Shown one piece after another: positions 51,640 through 63,550 of a DNA stretch of 64,000 nt (position 1 is its first letter; each line of letters opens with the position of its first letter). The position numbers and the translations under genes are program-made. Origin of the DNA: Lama glama. Its lineage: Eukaryota. Under the pieces are notes generated by a model. That model ran no database searches, was not told the DNA's origin, and saw nothing but the letters and a program-made list of their open reading frames with translations. The stretch is from NCBI GenBank assembly GCA_028534125.1, contig CM052817.1, positions 95,792,001 to 95,856,000 of the forward strand, written 5' to 3'.

Positions 51640-52710
51640 TCATCTCAGAATTGTTATGCCAGCATTTGCTTATGTTAAGAATATTACCTTCAAGAGAATG
51701 AGAAGACAAGCCACAGCTTGGGAGGAAATATTTGCAAAGGACACACCTGATAAAGGACTGTTACCTAAGATAGATATAGAACTCTTAAAAGTTGATTTTT
51801 AAAAATGAACAATCTGATTCAAGAGTGGGCAAAAGATTCGAAAAGACAGCTCACCAAAGAAGATGAAGAAGAAGATACACGAATGGCAAATTAAGCATAC
51901 GAAAAGATGCTCCACAGCAGATGTCATCGTGAAATGCAAATTAAAACTGCAATGAGATACCACTATATACTTATTAGAATGGCCCAAACCCAAAATACTG
52001 GAAACACCAAATCCTGGTGAAGATGTGGGGCATAAGAGTACTCAGTCATTCCGGGTGGGAACACAAAATGGTACAGACACTCTGGAAGGCAGTTTGGCTT
52101 TTTCTTACAGAGGCAAACATACTCTTATAGTTCAGCAGTTGCAATTCTTGGTATTTATCCAAGTGAACTGAAAATTGATGTCTCTACAAAAACCTGCCCA
52201 CAGAATTTAATAATAGCTTTATTCACAATCGCCAAGACTTGGAAGCAACCAAGATGTCCTTCAGTTAAGGGAATGAATAAATAAACTGTGGTCCATCCAG
52301 ACAATGGAATGTTATCCAGAGCTAAAAAGGATTGAGTCATGAAGCCATGAAAAGACATGGAGGAACCTTCAATGCACATTACTAAGTGAAAGAAGCCAAT
52401 CCGAAAAGGCTACATATTATATGATCCCAGGTATATGATACTTTGGAAAAAGTAAAACCACGAAGACAATAAAAAGATCAGTGGTTGCCAGGTATTAGTG
52501 GGAAGAAAGGGTTGAAGACATAGGCGAGGCACAGGTGATTTGGGGGACAGTGAAATTACTCTGTATAATACTGTAATGGTGGACACTTGTCATTCGATGT
52601 TCATCAAAATCCATAGAATGTACAACACCAAAGTGGACCTTAATATAAACTATGGACTTGGGGTGATTATGATGTGTCGGCGTAGGTTTATTAATTCTAA
52701 CAACTAAACT
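51640..52710 (+). mobile_element. L1MC-like ORF2 end and 3' UTR
   Basis: KRMRRQATAWEEIFAKDTPDKGL (ORF 51584-51802); CTTGGAAGCAACCAAGATGTCCTTCAG; ATCCATAGAATGTACAACACCAA. Confidence 0.85.
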
Positions 52711-54369
52711 ACACAAGCTAAACTAAATCCTGTCATATTATTTTTATGACTTTAAAGCTCCTTAATAAAATATGTTCAAGGCTTTGAAGATTTGTTCTTA
52801 GTGGTCTAGTGTTCCAAAAAAGTCTTGCATTTATTTTCTTTGTAAAATAAAACATGATGGGTGGGGGGAACCCTGTGAAATATGGGAAGTTGCTTTGTGG
52901 ATTAGTAAAAGTCAATTCTAAGCTGCTGAGGGGGTTCGGGACACAGTAACATTTTGATGAACATTTTGGCTTATGAACAAATTCATGGTGTCCACTCCAT
53001 TTGTCTAGTTGGGCCCTTACAGATCTGTGCCCCTTAGAAATGTTCGCAGCTGCTTTGCAGGTAGACCACATCCTTAGAGTTCTTCATTGCCCCCTGCACA
53101 CCACACCAATCGAACTGACCCCATGAGGGGTCTTTGCTAAAGGGAGAGAGGCTATGAGTTAAAAATTCTTTTTTGAATAATTGAAACAATCAGTGTGGAA
53201 TATGGTACCATTTGATGTCTTTTGTGAAGAAGGTTTTTAGGAACAGGACTTTATATCTTATTATGTTGTGTGGGGTTTTTTCTTGCAGCTAATTATTTTA
53301 TTTAAATGATACTTATATTTTTAAAATTTGCATTATATTTTATATTGAAAGATCTTCAGATACAGCCCTTTTCAATAAATCTATAATTACTTAGTCTTTA
53401 CGCAAAGTGAGCTCTTACAAAAGCATATAAAGAAGTTTCATTTTTCTATCAAATCATACCTAGCCATTCTCTGTCCCCTATACCAATCAAAGGTTCATTT
53501 CTTCTGCCTTTAGCTGAGAGGATTACAAGAGGGTGAACTCATTTTGTCTTAGAAAAACGTTTGTATCTTAGATCATATAACACTTAAACAGGGTTAAAGA
53601 TCTGTTTAAAGATATTATCACTTTGTTTATAGCATTGCAAATCTGGAATAGAATTAAAGTATAAGTTTTAAGCTGATGAGGATATGTGTGTAGGGAAAAA
53701 AGGAATCAAGTCTTGAAATAACAGTTTTCTTCTTTTTCCTTTCCTTTTAATAGCAAGAATATTGAGATTTCATGCAAAGTTCCAAACCAAGTTCCCATAG
53801 CAGCACTTAAATAATGTCTGCACACCATTTCCAATTAGAACTAGTTTGTAATGTAACGCAATTTATGCTTTTATGAGTTACTTTAGTGATTTCAATTTGT
53901 TGTGTCGATTAACGTCGCTACGGAAACAATCTCGTGCTAATCACGACTTCGTCTTCACACATTTAATCAAAAGTAGGTTTAAAGTTTCGAGGCTGCTTGT
54001 TTTATTTATTTATTTGCATTTAATTATTCAAATTCAGGATATTTCTAAGTATGCATAGTCATTACTTTAGCAGTGAATTTCAGTTCTATGACTTCAAGCT
54101 ATTTCTTAACATTTCTGCCTAAAGAAATCCTAGCCAAAAGATCATTTCCAGTTTTGTTGTTTTTTTTTTAAGGTCGGGTAGGGGAGGAGGGTGGATGATG
54201 TCTGCTTTCTGTAATGAGAGAGAGAGCCTTTTGACTCCGAGGCACCAACTCTGCATTCAGGCAAATCTGGATGCTGGGATTTGCGCGCTCCGGAGGGGGC
54301 GCGGCCTTTTCGGTCCTCGCGGGCTGCCGTAGTCAGGGAAAGCAATGATTGGCTGAGGCGGGAAAGTGC

Positions 54370-54470
54370 CGCCGCCGCCTCGGCGATTTCAGTTTCGGTT
54401 TCGCCCGGTTGGTCCGCGGAGGCCGGGGTTGTGGGCTTCGTGGAGTGCGGTATCTGTTCCAGACCGCGAG
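54370..54470 (+). other. LSM6: LSM6 non-coding exon 1 (5' UTR; start approximate)
   Basis: ATG-free segment in the CpG island ending at consensus donor GAG|GTGAGC (GT at 54471), about 7.1 kb upstream of the first coding exon. Confidence 0.75.
54387..54402. promoter_or_regulatory. Candidate ISRE/IRF element (three GAAA half-sites)
   Basis: TTTCAGTTTCGGTTTC; reverse complement GAAACCGAAACTGAAA matches GAAANNGAAA twice. Confidence 0.6.
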
Positions 54471-55824
54471 GTGAGCCACACTGCCGCGCGGGCCGTGCGA
54501 GGCCCCCGTGTTCCGTCACCCCGGGCAGGGTTCGGGAGCGGCAGCCCGGGGCCGACCCGGCAGCCCCTGGAGGGGCCGGGAGCGAGCGCGGACTCGGGAG
54601 CCGGCGGCCGGCGGGTCCCCCGCGAGGTGCGCGCTCACGCTCGGTCCTCGGCGCCCGCCTTGGCCGGGGTTTCTGGGGTCGCCGGCGCCTGGATTCCCCA
54701 GCCCGGCCCTGAGAACCCCTCCCCGAGGGCCGCCTAGATCGAGCGGGGAGGGACGGCACGAGCCGGGTTCCGCCGGGTTGGCTTCCGAGACCGCTCACTG
54801 GGGTCGAAGTTCCGCAGGGAGCCCCAGCTTTAGCCCGGGGATTCGGCGGGAAAGCAGACCCCGAACACAGGCCAGGCTTCGCCCGGAACTACCTGGCCTC
54901 GGTTACATCGGGGTGGCTACTCCTGGCCCCCAGGAATTAGTAGCTGGACTAGCCCAGCTTCCCGAGTTGTCAGGTTCGGGGACGCCCACTGTAATTGTAA
55001 TTTGGGTTGTAATTGTAAGGGGTGAAGTCCTGTCACCCGGGCTTTTGTGTGTAGTGTGTGCGCGCGTTCGCAGCACGTATTTTTATTGAAGGTGTCTAGA
55101 ATTAGGCTAGGCTGATGCAGATCATCTTGACTGTGATTTGGGGTGCCCTTCCTTCACCCCGTATTAGTACGAGACGGTTATAGAAAAGTAGGAAACACAG
55201 AAGAGTTTAGTAAGGAAAATAATATTCGTGGCACTCTTCAACCTACAATCTCTCTATTTTACTCTTGTTTGTACTAGTTTGTACTTGAGCTAAGGCTGTA
55301 CCCATTTCATCACTTAACAGTACATTTAGTTTTTAATTTTCATTTAAAAAATCACTCCTAAATTTCTAGTTTTATGTTTTCCTTTGATTGGCTGCCTGTA
55401 CCATCACTGTGTAGGTCCTGTGAATTGTGTAACCATTTCCCAGCTGTGGGGCATTTAGGGTGTTTGTGAATTTTTGCTTCATTTTGGTATTCCAGCTAAT
55501 ACTTTAATAAACCTTTTTTTTTGGACCAATTCTGAGACGTGAAATTATTAGAATGAATGCTGTGGTCTTGTAGGGTCTTTTTAGGTCCTCACACACATCG
55601 CCAAATTGTTTTTTAAAAAATTTTAGTAGTTTACATCATTCACGTATGACTATACCTTACCAAGAGTAATTCATTTCTAATATATCAACCGGCAAGGCTG
55701 AACCTCTTTGAAACTTTTTTTCTTTTATGGTGGTCTCTGGCAATTCAACTTTCTTGACTTTTGGGCAGGAACAGAGGATTGTGTTAGTATGTGTTTATGT
55801 GTATTAGTGGAGTTACTGCATAGG

Positions 55825-56010
55825 CCGATTGAATGTTAGAGCAGGATGATCACTTAAGTGATCATCTGGCATAACTCCCTTATTTTGCAGATGAGAAACC
55901 TGAGTCCTGGAGAGGTGAAATGAGTTACCCAAGGCACACAGCTAATTAAGTAGCAGAGCTGGGATTAGAACTCAGGTTTCCCGCCTCCCAAGTGAGTACT
56001 CTTTATGCTG
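55825..56010 (-). mobile_element. MIR SINE
   Basis: TATTTTGCAGATGAGAAACCTGAG...AGAGGTGAAATGAGTTACCCAAGGCACACAGCTA...GCAGAGCTGGGATTAGAACTCAGG. Confidence 0.8.
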
Positions 56011-56502
56011 CAACATGTGGTCTCTCACTAAACTGGCTTAACATTAGAATTTAAAAAGGTGTTTACATCACTTGGATTATTCTACCATTTTATTTGGGGG
56101 GGGGTTGCAGTATAGTTGATTTACAATATTGTGTTAGTTTCAGGTATACAGCAAAGTGATTCAGTTATATATGTATATGATTTTATACTCTACTCTTTTA
56201 GACTTGTACCAAGTACCAGAAATCATCATCATCTGAGGGATCTGTAGCACTGAAAAATGGAAAGTGACTGTTTTCATGGCCAGGACTAGAACGTCATTTT
56301 TTAGAACGGCAATCCCTTCAAGATTTCTTTGCCCATTTTCAGATTCTTTACATGTTGGAATAAAATATCTAGTAAGTTATCGTTTATACTCTGTCATCTG
56401 GTTAGAACGTAGCTGTTCTCGTTTGTTAACCCTTAAAGGTTTTTAAATCTCCTTGTTGCTCTAAGATCAGAGAACAAGTGGTTTTTTGATTTAGAGCTTG
56501 TA

Positions 56503-56721
56503 ACAGTGTTTCTCAACTGCACTTGACATCTGGGGGCAGGTAATCCTTCGCTGTGGAGGGCTGTCCTGTGTTTTGTAGAATGTTAAGCGGCATCCCTGGC
56601 CTCTGCTTAATAGATACTGGTAGCACCACCTTCCTCAGTCAGGAGAATCCAAAATGTCTACAGACATTTCTCAGTGTCCCTGTGGATGGGGTTTAAAATC
56701 ACTCCTGATGGAGAACCACTT
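56503..56721. mobile_element. MER20 hAT-Charlie element
   Basis: CAGTGTTTCTCAAC...GGGCTGTCCTGTGTTTTGTAGAATGTTAAGCGGCATCCCTGGCCTCT...AAAATGTCTACAGACATT...GAGAACCACT. Confidence 0.82.
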
Positions 56722-59700
56722 GCTTATGGAAATTATTTGGGGACCTTTCTAGAATGCAAATTATAGTGCTTTTTACCTGGAGAGTCTGACCAGGGGTGGG
56801 TTTCAGGAACTTGCATTTTAACAAGCATCTGTGTTGATTCCGATGCAGCTAGTTCTTGGACAACACAGAAACCTTTCTGTTTTCTTCATCTTTTGCCCCG
56901 TGGCCAGTAATAGAGATATCACTAGGTTATAGCTGTTCACGTGTGTGGATGATGCTGTCCTAGTCGCTGTACCCACCGTTGGGGGAGGAGGGGAAGGGCC
57001 GGGGATTTTCCTTGGCACTGCCCTTAAACACCGCTTCCACAGGCCCGGGCAGTGTGCTCAGGGTCCAGGGATACCAAGTGAGCAAGGCATTTCTCTTGTC
57101 CTGAGAACCTTAAAACCCACTGGTCAGCAAACAGGAAAACTACAAAGCAGCCTGCTGAGGGCCGTGACTGGGCACAGAGAGGGTGCTCTGAGTGCACAGG
57201 GTACCAGCTCAGCTTGGGCCAGAGGGGAGAAAAGTAGTCCCTGCTGGGTGGGGAGGACAGACTGGTCTGAATCCTTCGAAAGAGGGCTAAGTATCCCCTG
57301 TCTCAGACGGGAGATCTGTAGAGAGCTCGTGTTTTCCTTGTCTGATGCCCTCTCCGACACGGATGTGGGGGTCCACAGCTGCATTTACTTGGGCTGTAGT
57401 GTCATGTTCCACTGCAGGTTTTTTGTTTTTTGTTTTTCCATCTCAGTGTTCTTTTACCCTAAACTGTAAATACTCCAAGTAGGTGAAAGTTTACAGTAAA
57501 CATTGCCAAGAAACAAGGATCTGCATGTCTTCTCCTCAGTGATATAACTCAGTCACATTAAATATATTTCCACCTGACCATTTTTATGTATCTTCACAGG
57601 ATAATTTATGGTACTGTCACTTTGAGTGTTTCCCCCGCAATACTACTACTCTCCAAAGAGATCTCTCATTGTCTCCATGGCCATTCCCCAGGTTTAACAA
57701 GAGAATCTTGACATATTCAAAAGGGCAGCTGTACCTCTGAAAGAGCTTTGGGCTTTGGGGTGAAGCCTTTGTTCTGCTCACCACCTCGAAGGGTTACTAC
57801 ATGAATTGCTCAGGAATCTAACGTGGCCAGGCACGTAGTTAGTTGGATGAATCAAACTTGGTCCCCCAACCCCCATTCTTGACCTCTCAGTAGCTTCTGC
57901 CAGAAAATGTACTGCTTTTGACTTAATAGCGATTTATGAAAATAGGTCATTTGAAACAAACCCAAGTAGGAGTTAGGGAAGGGAGAGGAGGCACAGAGGG
58001 TGATTATGGCTTTAGTTTTGAAGAGAAGTTTTATCAAGGTGACCCTGAAAAAAGGAAGCCTTTTTCCTCCTACATGTTTATGGTTCAAGAGGCTTTTCTC
58101 TTGCTTCAGAAACGGTCAGAACTGATCCTTCTGCCTTATCCAATTTAAAAGATGAAAACTTAAAATTATGTGAGCCAAGTGATGGGAAAAATTGTGGTGC
58201 CGAGACCAATTTACTCATACAAAATGGATTTATAGGCGAGTCATTAAGTAACAGGGAGTACCACAGAAGCCTAATGAAGACGAATGGAAAAGATACTCTC
58301 TCCTCAAGTGGTGGGTAAAATGCGTTTGAAACAACCATCCTGTTTCAAAATAACATAAAAAAAATTTTTTTTCATGAGATTTAGAACAATGGAGATGTTC
58401 TAGAGAGTAAGTGAGAAGCTTGGTACTAGTCTCTCATGTGGTTTCCAGTCTTTTGAGGGAGAAAAGACTCCTCTTTAAAAAAAAAAAAAGTGCATAGAAG
58501 AGAGTAAATAGTGACAAGTTATATCAAATGTAACCAAATGGGAAACTGTGAGGCCAGAAACTGAGTGAGATGGCCTGTCTCCAGTCTGTGATAAGGTGGA
58601 AACAGAACTCCTGCAGGTCTTTGCTTAAAACCTTCCCATGGCCTCTATCACTGACAGTCTTTCCCATACTCACCAGCCCATAAGAATTTCCTAGATTTTT
58701 GCAAACGGATTGCTGGGTTCTGCCCGGGAACTACTGAGTCAGAATCTCTAAGTGACAGATGATTCGGGTTAGGGAAACTGACCTAGAGGCTCAAGGCCGC
58801 ACTCTGCCTTGCTGTGTCCCCCAAGAGCGTGTTCCTCACCCCTTGCCGAGGTAGCATTTCCCTCTCAAACCTAAACACACTGTCCAGTGCCTTTGTTAAG
58901 ATTCCTCTCCTTTTCAGCTGGTGGACTACTTTTTCTCCACAGGTGTACCTTTGGAAATCTTTCTTTGATCTGCCGGGCCTGGGCTCAGTGAGTCTTCTCT
59001 GTGTGATGTTCTCTGCATAATTTTATCCAAATGTAAACAACTTTTAAAAACTCCATTTGCATGTTTCTGCCCCCTTGGGAGTGTAAGCTCTGAGGGCGCA
59101 AGGCCATGTCTTACTGGAATTGCATCCCCAGCCTAAAGTACCTGACACTTAAGTGCTGGATGACTATTTGAAGTGTTGGGTGCCTTCAGGAAGAGATTGA
59201 TGTTAATTGCAGTAAAGATGAGGCTTAATGGCAGAGGTGTGATCTTTGATGAGCTTAGAAGAAGAATATATGTGTGCTTTTTTAAAAGATGAGGAAAGAT
59301 AGTATTAATAACATTTTTAAAGTAATACCATCAGTTAAGCAACAGACAGTCTAGGTTTGTATTTTTTTAATCTGTCATTAACTTTTACCTTTGGACAAGG
59401 TGGTTAATAATAGATTTTCATATCACAATACATTTTAGTGGGGTTTTTTAGCACAAGATAAACAGATAGTTTTATCTCAATTTTGTACACAAGGAAGCTG
59501 ACATAATGGGACTTAGCATCTGATGGGAAATTAATCTAAGACCCGTGAGTTGGGTCTCTATCAGACCTTCAGAGTTAATAGTCTCTCCAGACCCGGTCAT
59601 CCACAAAACAGCACATGTTCAAGACGTAAGTAAAGCACTTCATGGGTGAATGGCAAGATCTGTTTCTTTTTACTAAACTCGTTAAAGGTACTGAATCTGC

Positions 59701-60789
59701 TACAGGATTTACTTTGTAATTTTTTTTTTCCTCGTGCTCAAAACAGCATAAATAAAGTTGTTGTGTGGTCTGAGTCATGAATGAATAGTGATTGTCCTGA
59801 ATGGTAATTTTAGTTATCTGTTGAGACTGTGTAGCTAAAAAAATACATAAACTGGTAATTCATTGGAAAAGTTAAAATTTGCTGAGAAGAATAATTAGTT
59901 GATCAATTAAAAAATCTTTCAAGCCTTGGAGAGATGGAATGGATGAGGATGGACCGAGTAACAGCCCCAAATTCAAGAATAGTTTATGAAGTTTGTGTTT
60001 TCTTTTATTTAACTTGAGATGTTGACTTTTCTTACTTAAAGAAAATTATTTTACTTTAATTATTTACTTAAATTTACTTTTGTTTACTCACACCCTTTAA
60101 GCAGGAGTTTAAGTTTTAGTTCCTAAGTTCTTTAAGGTCAGAGCCTGTGTGTATGGTATTTTTTGAATCCCCTTGAAGTGTGTCCATACACATAATTGTT
60201 AACCAGATGAAAAGCCAATAACCTAGTATTCTAGCTTATCCAAACTGCTGAGCCTTGCACAGATTCACTTTGAGAAAATCTCCAAACGATGATCTTAAAC
60301 CTGAATTCAGATCATTGAGTGGATGGACTTGGAGTGAGATAAGCAATGCTGTTTATGGAAGAATGTTTAATGAAAATTTTGATTGAAAACCAACGAAAAA
60401 ACCGATTTGAGTTCTTTAGGGGAGTCCTTAAAATATTGTATTTATATTTATTTTTAAGTGTCAGTGCTGTTTTTATGGCTACCAAATAAAAGTGATGCTA
60501 GATTCGACTGAAACAGAAAAGTTAATTTCCAATTTGTATACCGAAGTATTTTGAGAGAGAACTTATATAACAAGATGAGTTTGGAAAGGAGTGATGGGCA
60601 GTTCTGTATGTCTGTGATTGATTTGGGTGCCTAATATTCTTTCCCTATTTCAGATTCCTATTATATTTGATTTTTAAGATTTTTTGCTTTATTATATGGA
60701 ATGTCTGTCTGCTGTCATTATAATAGGGTAAATCAGAATCTTCGGCTACATTAGCAGCTTTCTGGAGGCTGTATAAAGATGTGATTAAG

Positions 60790-61480
60790 ACATGGGCTGG
60801 CTAGCCACTTACTGGCTGTGTGACCTTGACCAGGATGCCTCGCCCTTTCTGTGTCTGTTCATTAGTAAAATGAGGTTAAAACAATACCTACCTCAGTGAG
60901 CTCCAAGTGGATTAATAGATGTAAAGTGCTTAGAGAAGTGCTAGCCTGTAGTACACTCAAATTTTAGCTCTCAGTTATGATTATAATTTTTTTCAGAGGG
61001 ACTGTTTTGGCATCAGTAGTTGTAAATGTTATATAAACAGCATATAATCCGTGACTTTAAAATAGGGCTGATTTGAACTTGAATATTGATTCCGTCACAT
61101 TTGAGGGCATATTGTTTCATCTTTCTGTGCCTTTATTTTCACCAGCAACGTAGGGATATTAAGACCTTCTCCCCAGGGTCCTCGTAAAGATTAAATTTGA
61201 TAGTGTTTTTATAAGGATCTTAGCAGACGCTCAAGCATAAGACAAGCATTCCCTAAGGGGTGGAGGTGGTTGTGGTTGTGGTTGTGGTGGCTGTGTTGAC
61301 TACACCTGAGACAGCAGTGACGCGTGATTGAGAACAGGGGCTCTGTAAACACAGGGCTCTTCTGTGATGAGGCTGTGTCATAGGGTTCTGGTGGGGCTGA
61401 ATGAGAGAAGAGGTGTAAAACACTTAATTAGGTCAGCATCAGGCTCGTGGGAAGTACTGGCATCGCGTTAGCTGCCTCGT
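60790..61480 (+). mobile_element. Cluster of about three MIR fragments in LSM6 intron 1
   Basis: GCCACTTACTGGCTGTGTGACCTTG...GTAAAATGAGG...ATGTAAAGTGCTTAG, with similar decayed cores at about 61.1 kb and 61.4 kb. Confidence 0.6.
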
Positions 61481-61637
61481 TGCTGGAGCATGGTGGAGTG
61501 ATGTTGACTTCACTGTGATCCTTTGACTCTTGATTTCCTGTAAATATATGAAGGCCTTCCAGTCTTTTTTGTTGAATAATTAACTTTTATCTTTGCCTTT
61601 ATTGCTCCTTTTCAGATTTCGGATCAGGGTTGTTAAA

Positions 61638-61731
61638 ATGAGTCTGCGGAAGCAAACACCCAGTGACTTCTTAAAGCAAATCATCGGGCGACCAGTAGTG
61701 GTAAAATTAAATTCTGGAGTGGATTATCGAG
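61638..61731 (+). CDS. LSM6: LSM6 (U6 snRNA-associated Sm-like protein LSm6), first coding exon; the rest lies beyond the window
   Basis: Translates MSLRKQTPSDFLKQIIGRPVVVKLNSGVDYR plus one base of Gly, which is the LSm6 N-terminus and start of the Sm1 motif. Upstream is a polypyrimidine tract with AG (61614-61615, alternative 61626-61627). A at -3 of the ATG. Phase-1 donor GAG|GTAATA at 61732. Confidence 0.97.
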
Positions 61732-62939
61732 GTAATATCTTCATGCTGCATCTTTGCTGGTGTTAACTAAATAACTAAAGGTGACTTAACTGATTTTTAT
61801 GAGCCTCTTAGAAGTACCCAGTAGACCAAAAAGCATTGGTTGCCCCCATAGTTTGTCTACCCGCTTCTTTTTCTTGCTCTGAGATGGTTCATTTTAGAGA
61901 GACAGCTCTGACAGCAGAGTGTGCACTTCTGACTTGCGGTGTGATGTGCGGCTCCTGTCTCCTGTCTCTGCTTTGAGATCGTGTGTGCCTGAGTTCCCTG
62001 CTGACAGCCAGGCCTGAGTAACTGGATACTGAAAACACCTTGGCCCAGCCGCATTTGTACGGAAGTGGTCAGGATTGGCAAGCAGCGATAGAGACTTCCC
62101 GCTCATATAGTGTGTGGGGTATCCAGAGACACCTTTCTGTCCTTAGAGAGGATGAAATGCTCTTTTGAAGAGGCTGTGACTATTGAAATTAACTTTGTGG
62201 AAGTAGCAGTATCAAATTCCATTCTTTAAAGTCTGAAATTCCTAATCTTGAAAACTGAGATATGTTCCATTACGGGGAATACTTCACAGGTATAGATAAC
62301 CAATTCATTAGCAGAATTTTAAATCCTTTTCTTGGTCTTTTCTGAATAGATGTTGGTCTCTTTCCTGAATAATGATCAGAATCTCTTGAGATTTCTCCAC
62401 TTTCCACACATGCAAACGTAATTTTATTGAGCGCTTGCTAGGGGTCCAGTGTGCATTAATTTAATCACTTCAATTTTCACTTTCTAGTCATAAAAATCCT
62501 TTGAGATTTCTGTTGATTGTCCCCACTTAGCAAAGGAGGAGCTGGAACTCAAACTCAAGCTTGACTTAAAAGGCTTGTTAAGAAGTATTCTACTGTTTGT
62601 GTACTCCTTTTATTAGCATATCTCTGGTTTAATTTCATTTTTATAGTGGAATTAATGGATTTATACTGAATACTGAGATATTATTAAGTCTCTATGTGCT
62701 GCTTCTTACCCTGGAACTTTGATGAGCTCAAAGAAGGTGATAGACTCTGGGAGAATCTTCCGTAGCTGATTAGGTCAGGGACCTGTGTTCAGTATCTCCT
62801 CAGTACCCTCTTCACTGAGATCGTCAGCCTGGCCTTTTTCCTCTATACTTTTTAGGGAAATGTTTTCTGTCTATAAAGGTAATAAATACGTTTTCCTTTT
62901 CCTTTTCTTTCTTTCTTTCTTTTTTTTTTTTTTAAGAAA

Positions 62940-63550
62940 TTTCAAAGCAAATAATGACTGGAAAGTATAGAGAAGAAAGCAAGCGCTCCCAAAATTCTAC
63001 CATCTGGAGATAATCAGCCGTAGCAGCTAGGACCTGTCTCCATATATGCATCATTTTACAGAAATGGAATCAGGGACACGCATCCTGATTTTTTTTTTTT
63101 TAACATTAAAAATGCATTCGGTTCTCTGACAATACAGTGTTTAATGGCTGCATGGGAGTACCATGAGTGGGTGGACCACGGTTATGTTTTTTTTAACCAC
63201 TGTCCAATTAATGGACATTTAGGTGTTTTGTAGTTTTTTGCTGTTGTAAACAGCTCTGCTCCTTTGACATGTATCCGGAGCATTTGACCAAGTGTCTCAT
63301 TTGTAAATTCCCTGGGCTTGGAGTCAAAGAGGGTGGCAAATGGCCTCCATCAGGGCAGATGGCTCGTTTTCCCCTATTTTCTCATCAGCCCTTGGGTTAG
63401 CCTTTGATTTCAACAACTTTTCCATTCTAATTGGTAGCAAGTAATATCTCTTTTATATTTCTTTGTTTACTGGTTTGGAATTGAGCAACCTTTCATATGG
63501 GTAGTAACTATAATTTTTCTCCTTTTATGAATGTCAGTTCATGGCTTCTA
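62940..63550 (-). mobile_element. Old antisense L1ME-like fragment in LSM6 intron 2
   Basis: TTTAATGGCTGCATGGGAGTACCAT...ATGGACATTTAGGTGTTTTGTAGTTTTTTGCTGTTGTAAACAG...TTGAGCAACCTTTCATATG. Confidence 0.65.

Larger units (their letters stand above)
54280..55075. promoter_or_regulatory. LSM6: CpG island promoter of LSM6
   Basis: Sharp rise in GC and CpG content. Inverted CCAAT (ATTGG 54348-54352), E2F-like GGCGGGAAA (54357-54365) and TTTGCGCGC (about 54280-54288). No TATA box. Contains a strong splice donor. Confidence 0.9.

Noticed and set aside
54142..55089. Long overlapping ORFs (218, 193, 143 and 123 aa) in the CpG island
   Set aside because: They are low-complexity R/P/G/A-rich frames expected from stop-codon depletion in GC-rich DNA. 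No domain is recognisable, and they run across the exon 1 donor.
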